Numbered from the stretch's first letter, positions 19,521 to 30,232 are shown. The stretch is 64,000 nucleotides of DNA from Candidatus Bathyarchaeota archaeon (GCA_963702095.1 OY969706.1:160001-224000); one strand, 5' to 3'. Made by a program: numbers and translations. The notes: generated by a model not told the origin, from the sequence alone.

Positions 19521-20399
19521 TTAGCTCCCCAACCCTTTTTTGCCATCTTCAAACTTTTGCACTTTATCAACGATGTCCATGAACGCTTTTGAGGCAGCCG
19601 AATCCTTCTGTGCATACACAAACGGCGTACCCTTATCAGAGTCCACGCCTACTTGGGGGTCGATTGGGATGCTGCCTAAAAAGGTGACACCGGCTTCTTT
19701 AGCCATCTTTTCGCCTCCACCAGAACCGAAAATCTCGGTTTTTTTGCCACAGTGGGGGCAGACAAAGCCGCTCATGTTTTCGATTACGCCGATGGTTGGC
19801 ATGTTTAGTCGCTCAGCGAACGTGATGGCTTTTTTTACTATGCCGCTTGAGAGTTGGGTGGGCATGGTGACGATGACTACTCCGTCCATTTCGGGCAGCA
19901 ACTGCGCCACACTTAGCGGCTCGTCGCCAGTGCCCGGAGGCAAATCGATGAAGAGGTAATCCAGTTCTCCCCAGACAACCTCGGATAAGAACTGTTTGAT
20001 AGCCCGCATTTTTAGGGGTCCACGCCAAATCGTCGGCGCCCCCTCAGACAAAAAGAAGTCGATGGACATAACTTTTAGCCCCAAAAGACCTTCGATGGGG
20101 AAAGCGCCGATTGGAGAAGCCTTCACATGCTTGCCCTCCAAACCTAAAAGTTTTGGTACGCTGGGACCATGAATATCTGCATCTAAAATCCCAACGCGTT
20201 TGCCCTCCATTGCAAAAGCAGTGGCAAGATTAACTGTTACGGTGCTTTTTCCGACGCCGCCTTTGCCGCTTATAACCGCAATTTTATGTTTGATTTTGCC
20301 CATGCGGTTTTTAAGTTCTTGATCTTCATGGACTTGCTGTTCCTTGTAAGCTTTAAGCTGAGCCATGTTTCGTTCGTATGCTGCTGACATAAAAAACAT
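19521..20399 (-). CDS. mrp: Mrp/NBP35 Fe-S carrier ATPase
   Basis: SGKGGVGKST, DADIHGPS, WRGP, DLPPGTGD, ENMS.F.CP.C. Confidence 0.95.
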   Translation of the reverse strand: MFFMSAAYERNMAQLKAYKEQQVHEDQELKNRMGKIKHKIAVISGKGGVGKSTVTVNLATAFAMEGKRVGILDADIHGPSVPKLLGLEGKHVKASPIGAFPIEGLLGLKVMSIDFFLSEGAPTIWRGPLKMRAIKQFLSEVVWGELDYLFIDLPPGTGDEPLSVAQLLPEMDGVVIVTMPTQLSSGIVKKAITFAERLNMPTIGVIENMSGFVCPHCGKKTEIFGSGGGEKMAKEAGVTFLGSIPIDPQVGVDSDKGTPFVYAQKDSAASKAFMDIVDKVQKFEDGKKGLGS

Positions 20400-20462
20400 T
20401 CCAACCTAAGGTATTGTGTAGGTTTGAATCTGTGGAGTATTAAAAAAGGTTATGGTAATCTG

Positions 20463-20948
20463 CTAGCCGAGTTTATAGCCGATTTTCCGTAGAAACGCCC
20501 GTCGCTCCGCAATGTCTTTGTCGCTTTCGACGCTTTTGCTTTTGTAGCCGTCTACGACTCCGATGATGCCTCTGCCCTGCTCCGTCTCTGCGATTAGCAC
20601 TTCAAGGGGGTTGGCGGTGGCGGCAAAAACCGTGCAGACCTCGGGCAACCGATTGATTTTGTCGAGCACGTTTAGGGGGTAAGCGTTTTTGAGGTAGATT
20701 ATGAAGCTGTGTCCGCAGCCAATTTCAAAGGCTTTCTGCGCCGCGAGTTGCCGCAGCTCTGGGTCGTTGCCTTCATGACGTACCAGACAGGGTCCGCTGC
20801 TTTCACAGAAGCCCAAACCAAACTTGACGCCGGGAACAGAGTTAACTAAGGCCTCGTAGAGGTCTTCAGCGGTTTTAATGAAGTGCGCCTGACCTAAGAT
20901 GATGTTGCAGTCTTTAGGCGGCTCAACTTTCACGGTTTTAAATTCCAA
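20463..20948 (-). CDS. Adenosine-specific kinase family (DUF355)
   Basis: [44 protein letters not shown]. Confidence 0.9.
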   Translation of the reverse strand: MEFKTVKVEPPKDCNIILGQAHFIKTAEDLYEALVNSVPGVKFGLGFCESSGPCLVRHEGNDPELRQLAAQKAFEIGCGHSFIIYLKNAYPLNVLDKINRLPEVCTVFAATANPLEVLIAETEQGRGIIGVVDGYKSKSVESDKDIAERRAFLRKIGYKLG

Positions 20949-21105
20949 GGGTTAAACCTCAAAACACATTATTGCAATTTAGGGATATAACGTTTTAAAG
21001 CCGTTTTGTGGTTTATGATAAATCTTATATTTCCTTCCAACCGCATTAGAGAAGTGTGCAAAACCTATGTTTGCACCATAAACACTGAGAAGGAGTTGAA
21101 AGTGA

Positions 21106-21252
21106 GTGTCAGGAAAAGAAATGTTCAAGGCAACCTGTTCTGAATGCGGCAAAGAATGCGAAGTTCCATTCAAACCCGACCCGAGCAGGCCAATTTACTG
21201 CCGCGAATGCTGGGCAAAGAAGCGACCCGCTAGACCCAGAAACCGATACTAA
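21106..21252 (+). CDS. CxxC-x17-CxxC zinc-ribbon protein (48 aa, not in ORF track)
   Basis: MSGKEMFKATCSECGKECEVPFKPDPSRPIYCRECWAKKRP...; GGAG RBS upstream. Confidence 0.85.
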   Translation: MSGKEMFKATCSECGKECEVPFKPDPSRPIYCRECWAKKRPARPRNRY

Positions 21253-21364
21253 GCCCTACCGCTTAACAGTTTAAATCCAAGTTTACTCTATTTTTTATTT
21301 GCCTGAGCTGTTTTTTGTGGCAAAACCTAAATAACGTAGAGTTGCATCAGTTTTGGCTACGCAA

Positions 21365-21441
21365 GGGCCGGTAGTTCAGCTGGTATGAACGCTTGACTTG
21401 CACTCAAGAGGTCGGGGGTTCAAATCCCCCCCGGTCCACCA
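21365..21441 (+). tRNA. tRNA-Ala(TGC), CCA encoded
   Basis: Cloverleaf GGGCCGG/CCGGTCC with G3:U70, anticodon arm CTTGA-CTTGCAC-TCAAG, TTCAAAT T-loop. Confidence 0.97.
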
Positions 21442-21546
21442 GAATATCTCCAGAACATTTTAACGCATTCCGGCTTAACAGGAACGCTGATGAGCGAGGT
21501 CTCTGTCAATTAAAAAGGTGGCTCATGAGGATCAAATTTCTCTATT

Positions 21547-22308
21547 TTATAATTGACTGCTTGGCAAATGAGATTTTAGAGGGGCGAGGCAGTACATAGC
21601 CCAGCCCATATATTGACTTTGGAACTGTAAATAATCATCCTGGTCAGTACGGAAGTGTTTGAATACCTGTTCATGGTCAGGGTGGTTGGGGTTTTCTTCA
21701 AGCCAACGTATCAGTCCATACCAACTATCTGAAATGTACCTGTCCCAGTCATCGCGGCTGGAACGGATGATATATTCGAGTTCAAAGCCTTCGTTTCGGG
21801 CAAATTGAGCCAGTTCTGGTTCCGTGTGGGTAGTTGTCTGTTTTTGGGCATACTGCGGATGTACCTGATTGCTAAGCCAGTAGGTTTCACCGATGCCGAG
21901 GCGTCCATTCTGATGCAGGGCCCGCTTCATCGCTTGGATTGTCTGCTGGAAGCCGCCGAAAACAAAAGTTGACCCAATACATGTTGCGGCATCGAAAGCC
22001 CCCTCTTCGAACACGTAGTCAGCCCCGGGGGAGCATACGATTTCGATTTGGCTCGACAACCCTCTCTTGACCAGCTTATCCATTGCCCGGTCGCAGAAAT
22101 CCCTGGATATATCTATGCCAATACCGGTGATGCCGAATTCCTCAGCCCACAGAGTGAGAGGTTCGGCGCAACCACAACCGAAGTCGATAACTCGACTACC
22201 TTTTTTCAACTTGAGCAGTTTGCCCAGTTGGATGATTTTTTCAGGCGTAGACGGGTTGAGTATCTCCATATAGCGGTGTGAGATGCTCATAAGGTCAAAG
22301 AATTCCAT
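21547..22308 (-). CDS. Class I SAM-dependent methyltransferase (YjhP-like)
   Basis: VIDFGCG, G.GIDIS, FD.A.CIG, G.L.IGE.YW. Confidence 0.9.
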   Translation of the reverse strand: MEFFDLMSISHRYMEILNPSTPEKIIQLGKLLKLKKGSRVIDFGCGCAEPLTLWAEEFGITGIGIDISRDFCDRAMDKLVKRGLSSQIEIVCSPGADYVFEEGAFDAATCIGSTFVFGGFQQTIQAMKRALHQNGRLGIGETYWLSNQVHPQYAQKQTTTHTEPELAQFARNEGFELEYIIRSSRDDWDRYISDSWYGLIRWLEENPNHPDHEQVFKHFRTDQDDYLQFQSQYMGWAMYCLAPLKSHLPSSQL

Positions 22309-22650
22309 GATTCAAGCCTCCTTCAGGAAATGGTAACTTCATTATAATACCAGCCATTAATGACATTTAATCGTCCTCTATCTGATGAACTTAACCATAC
22401 GGTAATTGGCGATGAAGGATTATGCGGTAATAATAAAGTATTGGCGGCTGCTTTTTTGTTCCATTGCATTTCGCCTTTTAGTCATCTGCACAAAGAAAAG
22501 AGGTGCTTGCGAGTGAGACTTCGAGCTGTCCGGAGTACAAATCCCCCTGTTCCACTTCTCTTTGCTTTTAAACCAATTCCCTAAGTTCTACGCAGGCAAG
22601 TCGCTTTTAACATGCTTCCACATCCACACAGTTTGGATTTCAACATGGAG

Positions 22651-22976
22651 CCATGCAGGGTGTGTGGAGAAAAACGGATATGCCACACCGAAACAGACGC
22701 TGAAAAACAATGCTTCCACAAAACACAAACGCCTCCACAACCCATCTTGTGGTGCCCCACAAACCGCCACACCCACACAAAGAGAAAACGCATAGTTGCT
22801 TTCATAGGGGGTCGAGTCAGAGCAGTAGGCCTGAATTGTCTGGCACTACTTGTAGTTTGCTCCACAATCAGCCAGCAATCAGCAACAAACGTAGAAGCAA
22901 AAAAGCAATCGCTCCCAAAGCCTCCGAGAAGATGATGAGTAAGGGCACCTCTGCCTTCATCTAACAATAGAAAAAA
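22651..22976 (+). repeat. Dispersed intergenic repeat, copy B (full length)
   Basis: Homologous to 13379-13686; hairpin AGATGATG (22930-37) / CTTCATCT (22955-62) followed by AACAATAGAAAAAA. Confidence 0.8.
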
Positions 22977-22986
22977 GCACTTAGTG

Positions 22987-23023
22987 TGCACTTAAGAGGT
23001 AGCGGTTCAAATCCCGCTTTCAC
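22987..23023 (+). repeat. Degenerate copy of tRNA-Ala 3' half (relic att site)
   Basis: TGCACTTAAGAGGT..GGTTCAAATCCC versus tRNA TGCACTCAAGAGGT..GGTTCAAATCCC (from 21399). Confidence 0.6.
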
Positions 23024-23102
23024 TTGTCTATTGTTTCTTTTTCTTTTCTACGGTTGCACTTAATTATCGTTTACCGATTGGATGCCGTGCGCTAAAACTG
23101 CT

Positions 23103-23249
23103 CTACATATCTCTTCCGATTACTTGTATGTTATCAGTGCATGCGTCGATTAAGCAGCCGCATTCAGGGCAAACTCGTTGGTTGATACCTGCATCCATCA
23201 CAAATACAGGATCAATTAATTTATCGCAATTCTTACATCTCACTGACAT
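23103..23249 (-). CDS. Small zinc-ribbon protein
   Basis: MSVRCKNC...CPECG; GGGGA RBS-like sequence upstream. Confidence 0.5.
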   Translation of the reverse strand: MSVRCKNCDKLIDPVFVMDAGINQRVCPECGCLIDACTDNIQVIGRDM

Positions 23250-23355
23250 TTGGTATCCCCTGATTAATAGAGGGCGGTAACTAAAAACCTCTCCTATAGC
23301 GTCTGCACTTGCACTCAAAAGCTCGATGGTTCAAAATCGCCCATGCCGCTTGCTT

Positions 23356-24909
23356 TTAGTCTTTTTTTGCGTATTTTTGGCGCAACTTGGTTTTTTCGAT
23401 TTTTCCCGTAGGATTGCGCGGTACCTTATCAAAAATGATCTTGCGTGGCCTCTTATACTTCGGTAGCTGACCCTCAATGAAAGCCATGATTTCTGCTTCA
23501 GTTAAGCACTCGCCGGGTTTCACGTCTATGATGGCGCCGATTACTTCTCCTAGACGCTCATCGGGGATACCGATTACACCTACGTCGTAGACTTTGGGGT
23601 GGTTATGGACGGCGTCTTCAACTTCGATTGGGTAAATGTTTTCGCCGCCGACGATGATGAGGTCTTTTTTGCGGTCCACCAAGTAAACATAGCCATCAGC
23701 GTCTACTCGCGCCATGTCACCCGTGTGCAGCCAGCCGTCAACGATGGTTTTCGCGGTTAACTCTGGATTCTTGTAGTATTCACGCATTACACCATCCCCC
23801 TTGACACACAATTCACCGACTACTCCAGAGGGAAGTTCATGGCTGTCGTCTGTATGTACGATTTTTAGTTGCCAGCCAAAGCCGACTTTACCTACCGCGC
23901 CAACCCGAAACGTATTTTCCACTCCCAAATGCACTGCACCGGGACCGGTGGCTTCACTGAGTCCATAGTTATTGTCATAAGCCATAGCTGGGAAGTATTC
24001 TCGCCAATGCTGCACAAGAGCTGGAGGCACAGGTTGAGCTCCAATGTGCATTAAACGCCAGGACTCCAAGCTGTAATCTTCCAGTTTTAATTCGCCTCTG
24101 TCGAGCGCCACCAAGATGTCATGGACCCAAGGGACAAGTAGCCAAACGATGGTTCCCCCCTCTTTGCTGACGGCGTCAAACACATTTCTGGGGCTGAACT
24201 CAGTTAAAACCGTGCCTTTTGCTCCCGATATGAGGCTGCCGAACCAATGCATCTTGGCACCCGTATGATACAACGGTGGCAGCAGTATGAAATTGTCGCT
24301 GTGGGTCTGGTGGTGGTGTTTTTGCTCGACTTCTGCTGCGAAACTCATGTTTTTATGGGTCAAAAGAACGGGTTTGGGGTCTCCTGTGGTGCCCGAGGTA
24401 AAGTATAAGCCGCATCCATCGTTGGGTGTCAACTTGATTAGGGGTGATTGGGTTTTAGCTGTTTTTAAAATTTCGTTAAAGCTTGTCATGCCCGCAGGAA
24501 GATTGGACCCCACACAGATGTACTCTGTAATGGTGGATGGTTTTACTTGCTGAACTGTTTTGAGGAAAAACTCTTCAAAAATAACCGCTTTAGCCGCAGC
24601 AATCTCGGTGCAGAATTTAAAATCCTGAGCGTTGAAACGGTAGTTGAGAGGTACCGCCCACGCCCCGGTTTTGATGATGCCGAAATAAGCTACTAGCCAG
24701 GGGATAGAGTTGCGCATCCAATGGATTACTTTGTCGTCTTTTTTTATGCCTTTTTGCAGGAGGTAGTTGGCTATTTGGTTGGCTTGGTCGTCGAACTCTT
24801 TCCATGTGGTTTGTTTGCGGATGTTCTGGCTGGGAGTAAGCTCAATTAACGCAACATCGTCTGGGTATTTTCGGGCATTTTCTTCAAGCATTTCCATTAT
24901 CGTAGGCAT
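23356..24909 (-). CDS. Acyl-CoA synthetase / class I adenylate-forming enzyme
   Basis: YFTSGTTGDPK, YGLSE, GWLHTGD, DRKKD.I..GGENIYP, TGKI. Confidence 0.93.
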   Translation of the reverse strand: MPTIMEMLEENARKYPDDVALIELTPSQNIRKQTTWKEFDDQANQIANYLLQKGIKKDDKVIHWMRNSIPWLVAYFGIIKTGAWAVPLNYRFNAQDFKFCTEIAAAKAVIFEEFFLKTVQQVKPSTITEYICVGSNLPAGMTSFNEILKTAKTQSPLIKLTPNDGCGLYFTSGTTGDPKPVLLTHKNMSFAAEVEQKHHHQTHSDNFILLPPLYHTGAKMHWFGSLISGAKGTVLTEFSPRNVFDAVSKEGGTIVWLLVPWVHDILVALDRGELKLEDYSLESWRLMHIGAQPVPPALVQHWREYFPAMAYDNNYGLSEATGPGAVHLGVENTFRVGAVGKVGFGWQLKIVHTDDSHELPSGVVGELCVKGDGVMREYYKNPELTAKTIVDGWLHTGDMARVDADGYVYLVDRKKDLIIVGGENIYPIEVEDAVHNHPKVYDVGVIGIPDERLGEVIGAIIDVKPGECLTEAEIMAFIEGQLPKYKRPRKIIFDKVPRNPTGKIEKTKLRQKYAKKD

Positions 24910-25053
24910 GACACTTCAACTCCCTCTCTTTTCAACCTTGAAGACACTGTTAAGTTCTGGCTGTGTTTAGTCATGAAATACGCTAAGACTAATAGGTGAT
25001 TGAATGCTTAAAAGAATTACATCTCAGCTAAAAATAAAAAAGGAAAAGGCTGG

Positions 25054-27648
25054 TTAAGACTTATTTTTGAAAGTCAACGCGCCGCCCTTCTCATCCACTG
25101 TGATAGCGCAGTTTTTATCCACTTTTTCGGCGAGGATTATCTTTGACAGTTCGTTTAGCACTTCCTTCTGAATCACCCGTTTGATGGGTCGGGCGCCGAA
25201 CTGGGGGTCGAAGCCAACTTTGGCGATGTGGTCGACGGCTTTTCTGGTGAATTCGACTTTGACGCCGTTTTTATCAAGCATCTTCTGGACGGCTTTAAGC
25301 TGGTTTTCCACGATTTTTCTGACTTCGGCTTCGTTTAGGGGTTGGAACATGATGATTTCGTCGACTCGGTTGAGGAACTCTGGCTTTATGGAGCGTTTGA
25401 GTAGGCTGAAGACTTGCTCGCGGGTTTGGTTCCAGATTTGCTCGCGGTTTTCGGCGGTTGTTTTTTCGAGGTTTTCCTGTATGATCTGTGAGCCCAAGTT
25501 GGATGTCATGATGATTATGGTGTTCTTGAAATCCACGGTTCGGCCCTTATTGTCGGTTAATCTGCCGTCGTCAAGCACCTGCAACAGGATATTGAACACA
25601 TCTGGGTGCGCTTTCTCGATCTCGTCAAGCAACACAACCGAGTAGGGTTTACGCCGCACAGCCTCGGTGAGTTGTCCGCTTTCCTCATAACCCACATACC
25701 CTGGAGGCGCACCGACCAACCGCGAAACCGTATGGCGCTCCTGGTACTCGGACATGTCAATGCGTACCATGTTGTTTTCGTTGTTGAATAGGAAATCCGC
25801 CAGCGACTTAGCCAACTCGGTTTTGCCCACGCCAGTGGTGCCCAAAAATATGAATGAGCCGATTGGACGTTTAGGGTCTTGCAAGCCAGCGCGGCTGCGG
25901 CGTATTGCGTCGGATACGGCTTGGATTGCCTCTTCCTGTCCAACTACGCGCATGTGCAACTCGGTTTCGATGCTTAGCAGCTTCTGCTTCTCACTCTGCA
26001 ACATGCGGCTCACAGGTATGCCTGTCCAGTGCGAGACGACTTCAGCGATTTCCTCTGCATCCACTTCCTCGTTAATCAGCGGCTGACCTTTCTGCAGTTC
26101 AGAGAGTTTCTGTTTGAGGGTGTCAATGGTTTTTGTGGCTTCAGGGATTTTGCCGTAGCGGATTTCTGCGACTTTGCCTAGGTCGCCTCTGCGGTTAGCA
26201 TCTTCATCTTGGAACCGTAGTTGTTCAATCTCGTTCTTTTTAGCTTGGATTTGCTCTACGATGTCTTTTTCGGCTTGCCATCGTGCTTTGAGTTTGTTGC
26301 GCTCTTCGCTTAGGTTGGCGATTTCTTGGTTGAGGGTTTTGAGTTTGTTTTCGTCTTTTTCGCGTTTGATGGCTTCCCGTTCGATTTCGAGTTGGTGGAT
26401 TTTGCGTTCGATGGTTTCGAGTTCTTCGGGCGCCGAGTTGATTTCGAGCCGTAACTTTGAGGCGGCTTCGTCGATTAAGTCGATGGCTTTGTCGGGCAAA
26501 AAGCGGTCTGAGATATAGCGTTGTGAGAGTTCGACGGCGGCGATTATGGCTTCGTCCTTGATGCGTACGTGGTGGAACACTTCATAGCGTTCCTTCAGGC
26601 CCCTAAGGATGGAGATGGCGGAGAGGGTGTCTGGCTCGTTAACCATGACGGGTTGGAAACGCCGCTCCAGCGCCTTGTCTTTTTCAAAGTACTTCTGGTA
26701 TTCTTTGAGTGTGGTAGCGCCGATTGCCCGCAACTCGCCTCTTGCTAGGGCGGGTTTTAGGATGTTAGCTGCGTCCATGGCTCCTTCGCTGGCGCCTGCA
26801 CCGACCAAGGTGTGGATTTCGTCGATGAACAGGACGACTTCGCCTTCGGAGGATACGACTTCTTTTATGACACTTTTGAGGCGCTCCTCGAATTCGCCCT
26901 TGTACTTGGCACCTGCAATCAGAGCTCCCATGTCAAGTGAGAAAATCTGTTTGGACTTGAGGTTCTCTGGCACATCGCCGTTAACTATGCGATGCGCGAT
27001 GCCTTCGGCTATTGCGGTTTTGCCGACGCCGGGTTCGCCGATGAGGATGGGGTTGTTTTTGGTGCGCCTGGAGAGAATTTGGAGGACTCGGCGAATTTCT
27101 TCGTTTCTGCCGATGACGGGGTCCAGTTTGCCCGTTTTCGCCCGCTCGTTTAGGTTGATGGCGAAGCGGTTTAGGGCGTTGTAGGTTTCATCTGTTGTTT
27201 GACTATTCACAGTTGATCCCTTTCTCAATTGCTTAATTGCTTCTTTAAGCTCTTTCTCCGATACCCCACTACTCTGTAGCAGTCGTGAAGCGGAGTCGTT
27301 AACGGATAGGAGCGACAAAAGCAGCTGTTCGATGGAGACAAATTTGTCTTGGCTCTCAGCAGCATACTCTTGGGCTTTTTTGAGGGCTTTGTTGGAGTTG
27401 GAAGATAGGTAGTGTTCTCCACCAGTGACTTTAGGCAGTCCATCAAGCAGCCTGTCCAATGACATGTTGAATGTGTCCAAGTTTACGTTGAATTGCCTTA
27501 GCAGGTAAGGCACGACGTTTTCGTCGACGAGCAGCATGCCTTTTAAGAGGTGGATGGGTTCGATGGCTTGGTTCTGCTTTGATGTAGCTATCTCGAGAGC
27601 CTTTTGGATGGCTTCTTGAGATTTAACCGTAAAATTATCTAAGCTCAT
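25054..27648 (-). CDS. clpB: Chaperone ClpB
   Basis: GEPGVGKT and GTTGVGKT Walker A motifs, KYKGEFEERLK, coiled-coil M domain, GYVGYEE. Confidence 0.97.
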   Translation of the reverse strand: MSLDNFTVKSQEAIQKALEIATSKQNQAIEPIHLLKGMLLVDENVVPYLLRQFNVNLDTFNMSLDRLLDGLPKVTGGEHYLSSNSNKALKKAQEYAAESQDKFVSIEQLLLSLLSVNDSASRLLQSSGVSEKELKEAIKQLRKGSTVNSQTTDETYNALNRFAINLNERAKTGKLDPVIGRNEEIRRVLQILSRRTKNNPILIGEPGVGKTAIAEGIAHRIVNGDVPENLKSKQIFSLDMGALIAGAKYKGEFEERLKSVIKEVVSSEGEVVLFIDEIHTLVGAGASEGAMDAANILKPALARGELRAIGATTLKEYQKYFEKDKALERRFQPVMVNEPDTLSAISILRGLKERYEVFHHVRIKDEAIIAAVELSQRYISDRFLPDKAIDLIDEAASKLRLEINSAPEELETIERKIHQLEIEREAIKREKDENKLKTLNQEIANLSEERNKLKARWQAEKDIVEQIQAKKNEIEQLRFQDEDANRRGDLGKVAEIRYGKIPEATKTIDTLKQKLSELQKGQPLINEEVDAEEIAEVVSHWTGIPVSRMLQSEKQKLLSIETELHMRVVGQEEAIQAVSDAIRRSRAGLQDPKRPIGSFIFLGTTGVGKTELAKSLADFLFNNENNMVRIDMSEYQERHTVSRLVGAPPGYVGYEESGQLTEAVRRKPYSVVLLDEIEKAHPDVFNILLQVLDDGRLTDNKGRTVDFKNTIIIMTSNLGSQIIQENLEKTTAENREQIWNQTREQVFSLLKRSIKPEFLNRVDEIIMFQPLNEAEVRKIVENQLKAVQKMLDKNGVKVEFTRKAVDHIAKVGFDPQFGARPIKRVIQKEVLNELSKIILAEKVDKNCAITVDEKGGALTFKNKS

Positions 27649-27720
27649 TAAACAAAAAGATGGCGGGGAAGCTATTTGAATATTTTCTTGCACTAACAAG
27701 GTTTCGATGGGCTAAACGCC

Positions 27721-28575
27721 TCAAACTTGCCACAGCGTTTCTGTTGTATGCCTAACTTTCTCAATAAGCGACAGGACTTCTTGCTGTGACAACCCGATTC
27801 TCCTTTCAAGGTAGTGGCTGTCCTGCTCAAGCAACTGCTTAATCAGTACAATCCCCACCTCAACTAGACGTTGCCTTGTTTCTGTACTTACTCCTCTTAG
27901 GCAACTCAACGGGTACAGCCTATACTTCTCCACCATTTCCCTCAATCCAAAACCTGCAGGAGAATCCCAGCCTACCTGCACAATGCCGCGGCACCCCCCA
28001 TAGACTACTGCGTGCTCTGAGTATCGGGTGTTGGTGACTATCATGGCTCGGTCGATTTTGATGCTGGTTGCACCCTGTTTGTAGCCGTCGGTGAGGTCTT
28101 CTATTATTGCTCGGGCTATGCGGCTTTCATCCAGCCCAGTTAGGGCATGGTAGTTTATGTGGTGTTTGGCTTCCACCAGATAAGTTAAGCCGTCCTTGCT
28201 GGCTACTGCATCTACTTCGTGTTCCCCACATAAGCCCCTGAGAATTATGTTGGGTTGAACCACAAAGCCGCTGTGAGCTAAGATTACTCGAACGAAAGCT
28301 TCGAATTCGGGTTTGGGCTCCATTAGGCTTATGCCGCGTTTTAGGTCGAAGAGGTGTTTTACGGCGGGTTTGCGTTTGCGCATCAAAGCAAAGATTGATC
28401 TAAGAATTTCTCGTGTTTTTATTCCCTCGTAGAGGGTGCCTTCGATTTTTTGGGCGATTTGGTCAGCGACCTCGCGGCTGGCGCCCATCCTGAGACATGT
28501 CTGCGCGATCTTTTCTTTGTCAAATTGCTGTTTATAGCCGTCTGCTTTAGTTACCCAAATCGCCAAGCTTCTCAA
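27721..28575 (-). CDS. ATP-cone plus Mrr-like restriction-endonuclease-domain protein
   Basis: V.KADG..Q.FD.EKI (ATP cone); FE....L...GF, HEVD, VEAK. Confidence 0.8.
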   Translation of the reverse strand: MRSLAIWVTKADGYKQQFDKEKIAQTCLRMGASREVADQIAQKIEGTLYEGIKTREILRSIFALMRKRKPAVKHLFDLKRGISLMEPKPEFEAFVRVILAHSGFVVQPNIILRGLCGEHEVDAVASKDGLTYLVEAKHHINYHALTGLDESRIARAIIEDLTDGYKQGATSIKIDRAMIVTNTRYSEHAVVYGGCRGIVQVGWDSPAGFGLREMVEKYRLYPLSCLRGVSTETRQRLVEVGIVLIKQLLEQDSHYLERRIGLSQQEVLSLIEKVRHTTETLWQV

Positions 28576-28836
28576 CCTGTTAATCGGACAATTAGGTCTT
28601 CACGCTTTTAATTTTTTACTATTTATTCTTTTTAGCGGATGCATGATCAGAGAATATTTATGCAGAGAGAAAATCCCCTACTCCAACCACATAAGACAGC
28701 ACCCAAAACCGCTGTCAACTGCATATTCCTTGGCTTTGGCTGGGAGAGTAGTTTGGTTTGAATGCGAAGCGCTGACTGATACTTCAAGGTAAGCTTTTAC
28801 TTAGACGATCAACTCACAGTATGTGGGAGTGTTTCT

Positions 28837-29346
28837 ATGAGTTCTCTACCTAACAAGCAAATGGAATATGCGCTTTTAGAAGAGCACATCATCGGTTTCC
28901 TCAAGGCACAGAACATGTGTGTTCTGGCAACCTGCAGCGCAGACATCCCAAGGGCAACACCCATAGAGTACCGCTCGAAAGGGCTCGCCATGTATTTTGT
29001 TGGGGAACCAGGAACCAAACTCAAAAACATAGTCGAAAACCCACAGGTTAGCATCGGCGTTTTTTTGCCCTACAAAGGCTGGGAAACCGCCATGGGAGCC
29101 CAGATAACTGGGAAAGCAAAAATAATCATAAGGGATAACATAGAAGAATTCAATGAAGCCTTAGTGGCTTATAACTGGGAAAAAACCGCGGGCGAGTTGG
29201 GTCTAAAAGAGTTCCCCAAGACGGCTGGGTTGATACGGGTTGACCCCGAGAAAATCGAGTTTATTGATGCGTCGCTGAGGAAACTGGGCTATAACCCAAG
29301 GCAGACGCTTGTGATTAAAGCTGCTCAAAACAGCACCGCTTCTTGA
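28837..29346 (+). CDS. Pyridoxamine 5'-phosphate oxidase-like FMN-binding protein
   Basis: VLAT....PRATP.EY....K..NI..NP.VSI. Confidence 0.85.
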   Translation: MSSLPNKQMEYALLEEHIIGFLKAQNMCVLATCSADIPRATPIEYRSKGLAMYFVGEPGTKLKNIVENPQVSIGVFLPYKGWETAMGAQITGKAKIIIRDNIEEFNEALVAYNWEKTAGELGLKEFPKTAGLIRVDPEKIEFIDASLRKLGYNPRQTLVIKAAQNSTAS

Positions 29347-29724
29347 CCTAGAAAGATAGCTTTGAGCCGTTTTTGGTGTCGGCGAGGTTTGCTGGGGCTC
29401 TGGTAGATATCTTTTGGAAGAAAAGAAATGCACAAAGCAATCACGACTTTTGTAATCGTGAATCTATCAGAGCTCTTTCAGCTCTTGCTCGACAATTCTT
29501 GCCTTAAATTGCTAAAGAGTTTATTTTCATAGGTTGTTAAGGTTTCGTGGTGTTTTTTCCAATAATAACTATTTCCCAAATATCAACCAGATTTACTCCG
29601 AAAAAACTAAACCTAAAACTGTTGGGCTATCCCTAAATGGGTAAGGAACCGGTGTTATTTAAGCTTATATAATTGGTTCACAGTCCTTGAAAGTAAATCT
29701 AACGGATGTTGGGGGAGAACTGGG

Positions 29725-30156
29725 TTGGATGAAGTCTTAGAATTATTAGATAAAACCTCTAAGCGGGTTCAGAAGAACGCGGATGAAACCAAAGAAGCCA
29801 TCTGGAAACAATCAGCCATCTACGAGCAGCTTCAACAGTCGCCTGAAGCTACACAGGAACAGAAAATCAAGGCCTTCCTAAAGAAAACCTTAGAGTTGGA
29901 CCGCTTAGAACATCTTAATTCACAGTTGAGCCTACTTTACTCCCTGCAAATCTTCGCTTTCAAAGTGAAAGTGCTTGAGGTTTCAATGGATAAAATGAAG
30001 AATCAACTGGTCGAATCAGGTGTTTTACAGAGCGGCGTTGAGTTGGAGGACATCAAAAAGAACATTGACGCCCTCAAAATCCTCATCGAAGCCCAGTACG
30101 AATCAATGAAAGAAATCAACGACACCCAGAAGAAGAACTTGGGCTATATCCTCTAA
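29725..30156 (+). CDS. Hypothetical coiled-coil protein
   Basis: TTG start with GGGGAG RBS; TATA-like TTATATA upstream; helical composition. Confidence 0.7.
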   Translation: MDEVLELLDKTSKRVQKNADETKEAIWKQSAIYEQLQQSPEATQEQKIKAFLKKTLELDRLEHLNSQLSLLYSLQIFAFKVKVLEVSMDKMKNQLVESGVLQSGVELEDIKKNIDALKILIEAQYESMKEINDTQKKNLGYIL

Positions 30157-30180
30157 AACTGGGTTAAATTGATATAAATA

Positions 30181-30232
30181 AAAAAGTCAGCTTGGCTTTC
30201 AACCAAATTATGGTTGACTGCCGACAGCTTTT
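30181..30232. terminator. Hairpin between convergent genes
   Basis: AAAAAG..TTGGC.TCAACCA-AATTA-TGGTTGA..GCCGA..CTTTTT. Confidence 0.45.

Noticed and set aside
22930-22976. Repeat hairpins as integron attC sites (CTAAC resembles RYYYAAC)
   Set aside because: The AAC lies 3' of the hairpin with no matching GTTRRRY geometry; copies do not punctuate a cassette array and no IntI is visible
25181-27184. Long antisense ORFs over clpB (and over the P-type ATPase, TopIB and rpiA)
   Set aside because: Typical antisense shadows of strongly conserved genes, with no motifs of their own
28660-28730. Possible further degenerate copy of the dispersed repeat
   Set aside because: Only C/A-rich resemblance; neither the core motif nor the hairpin could be aligned by eye
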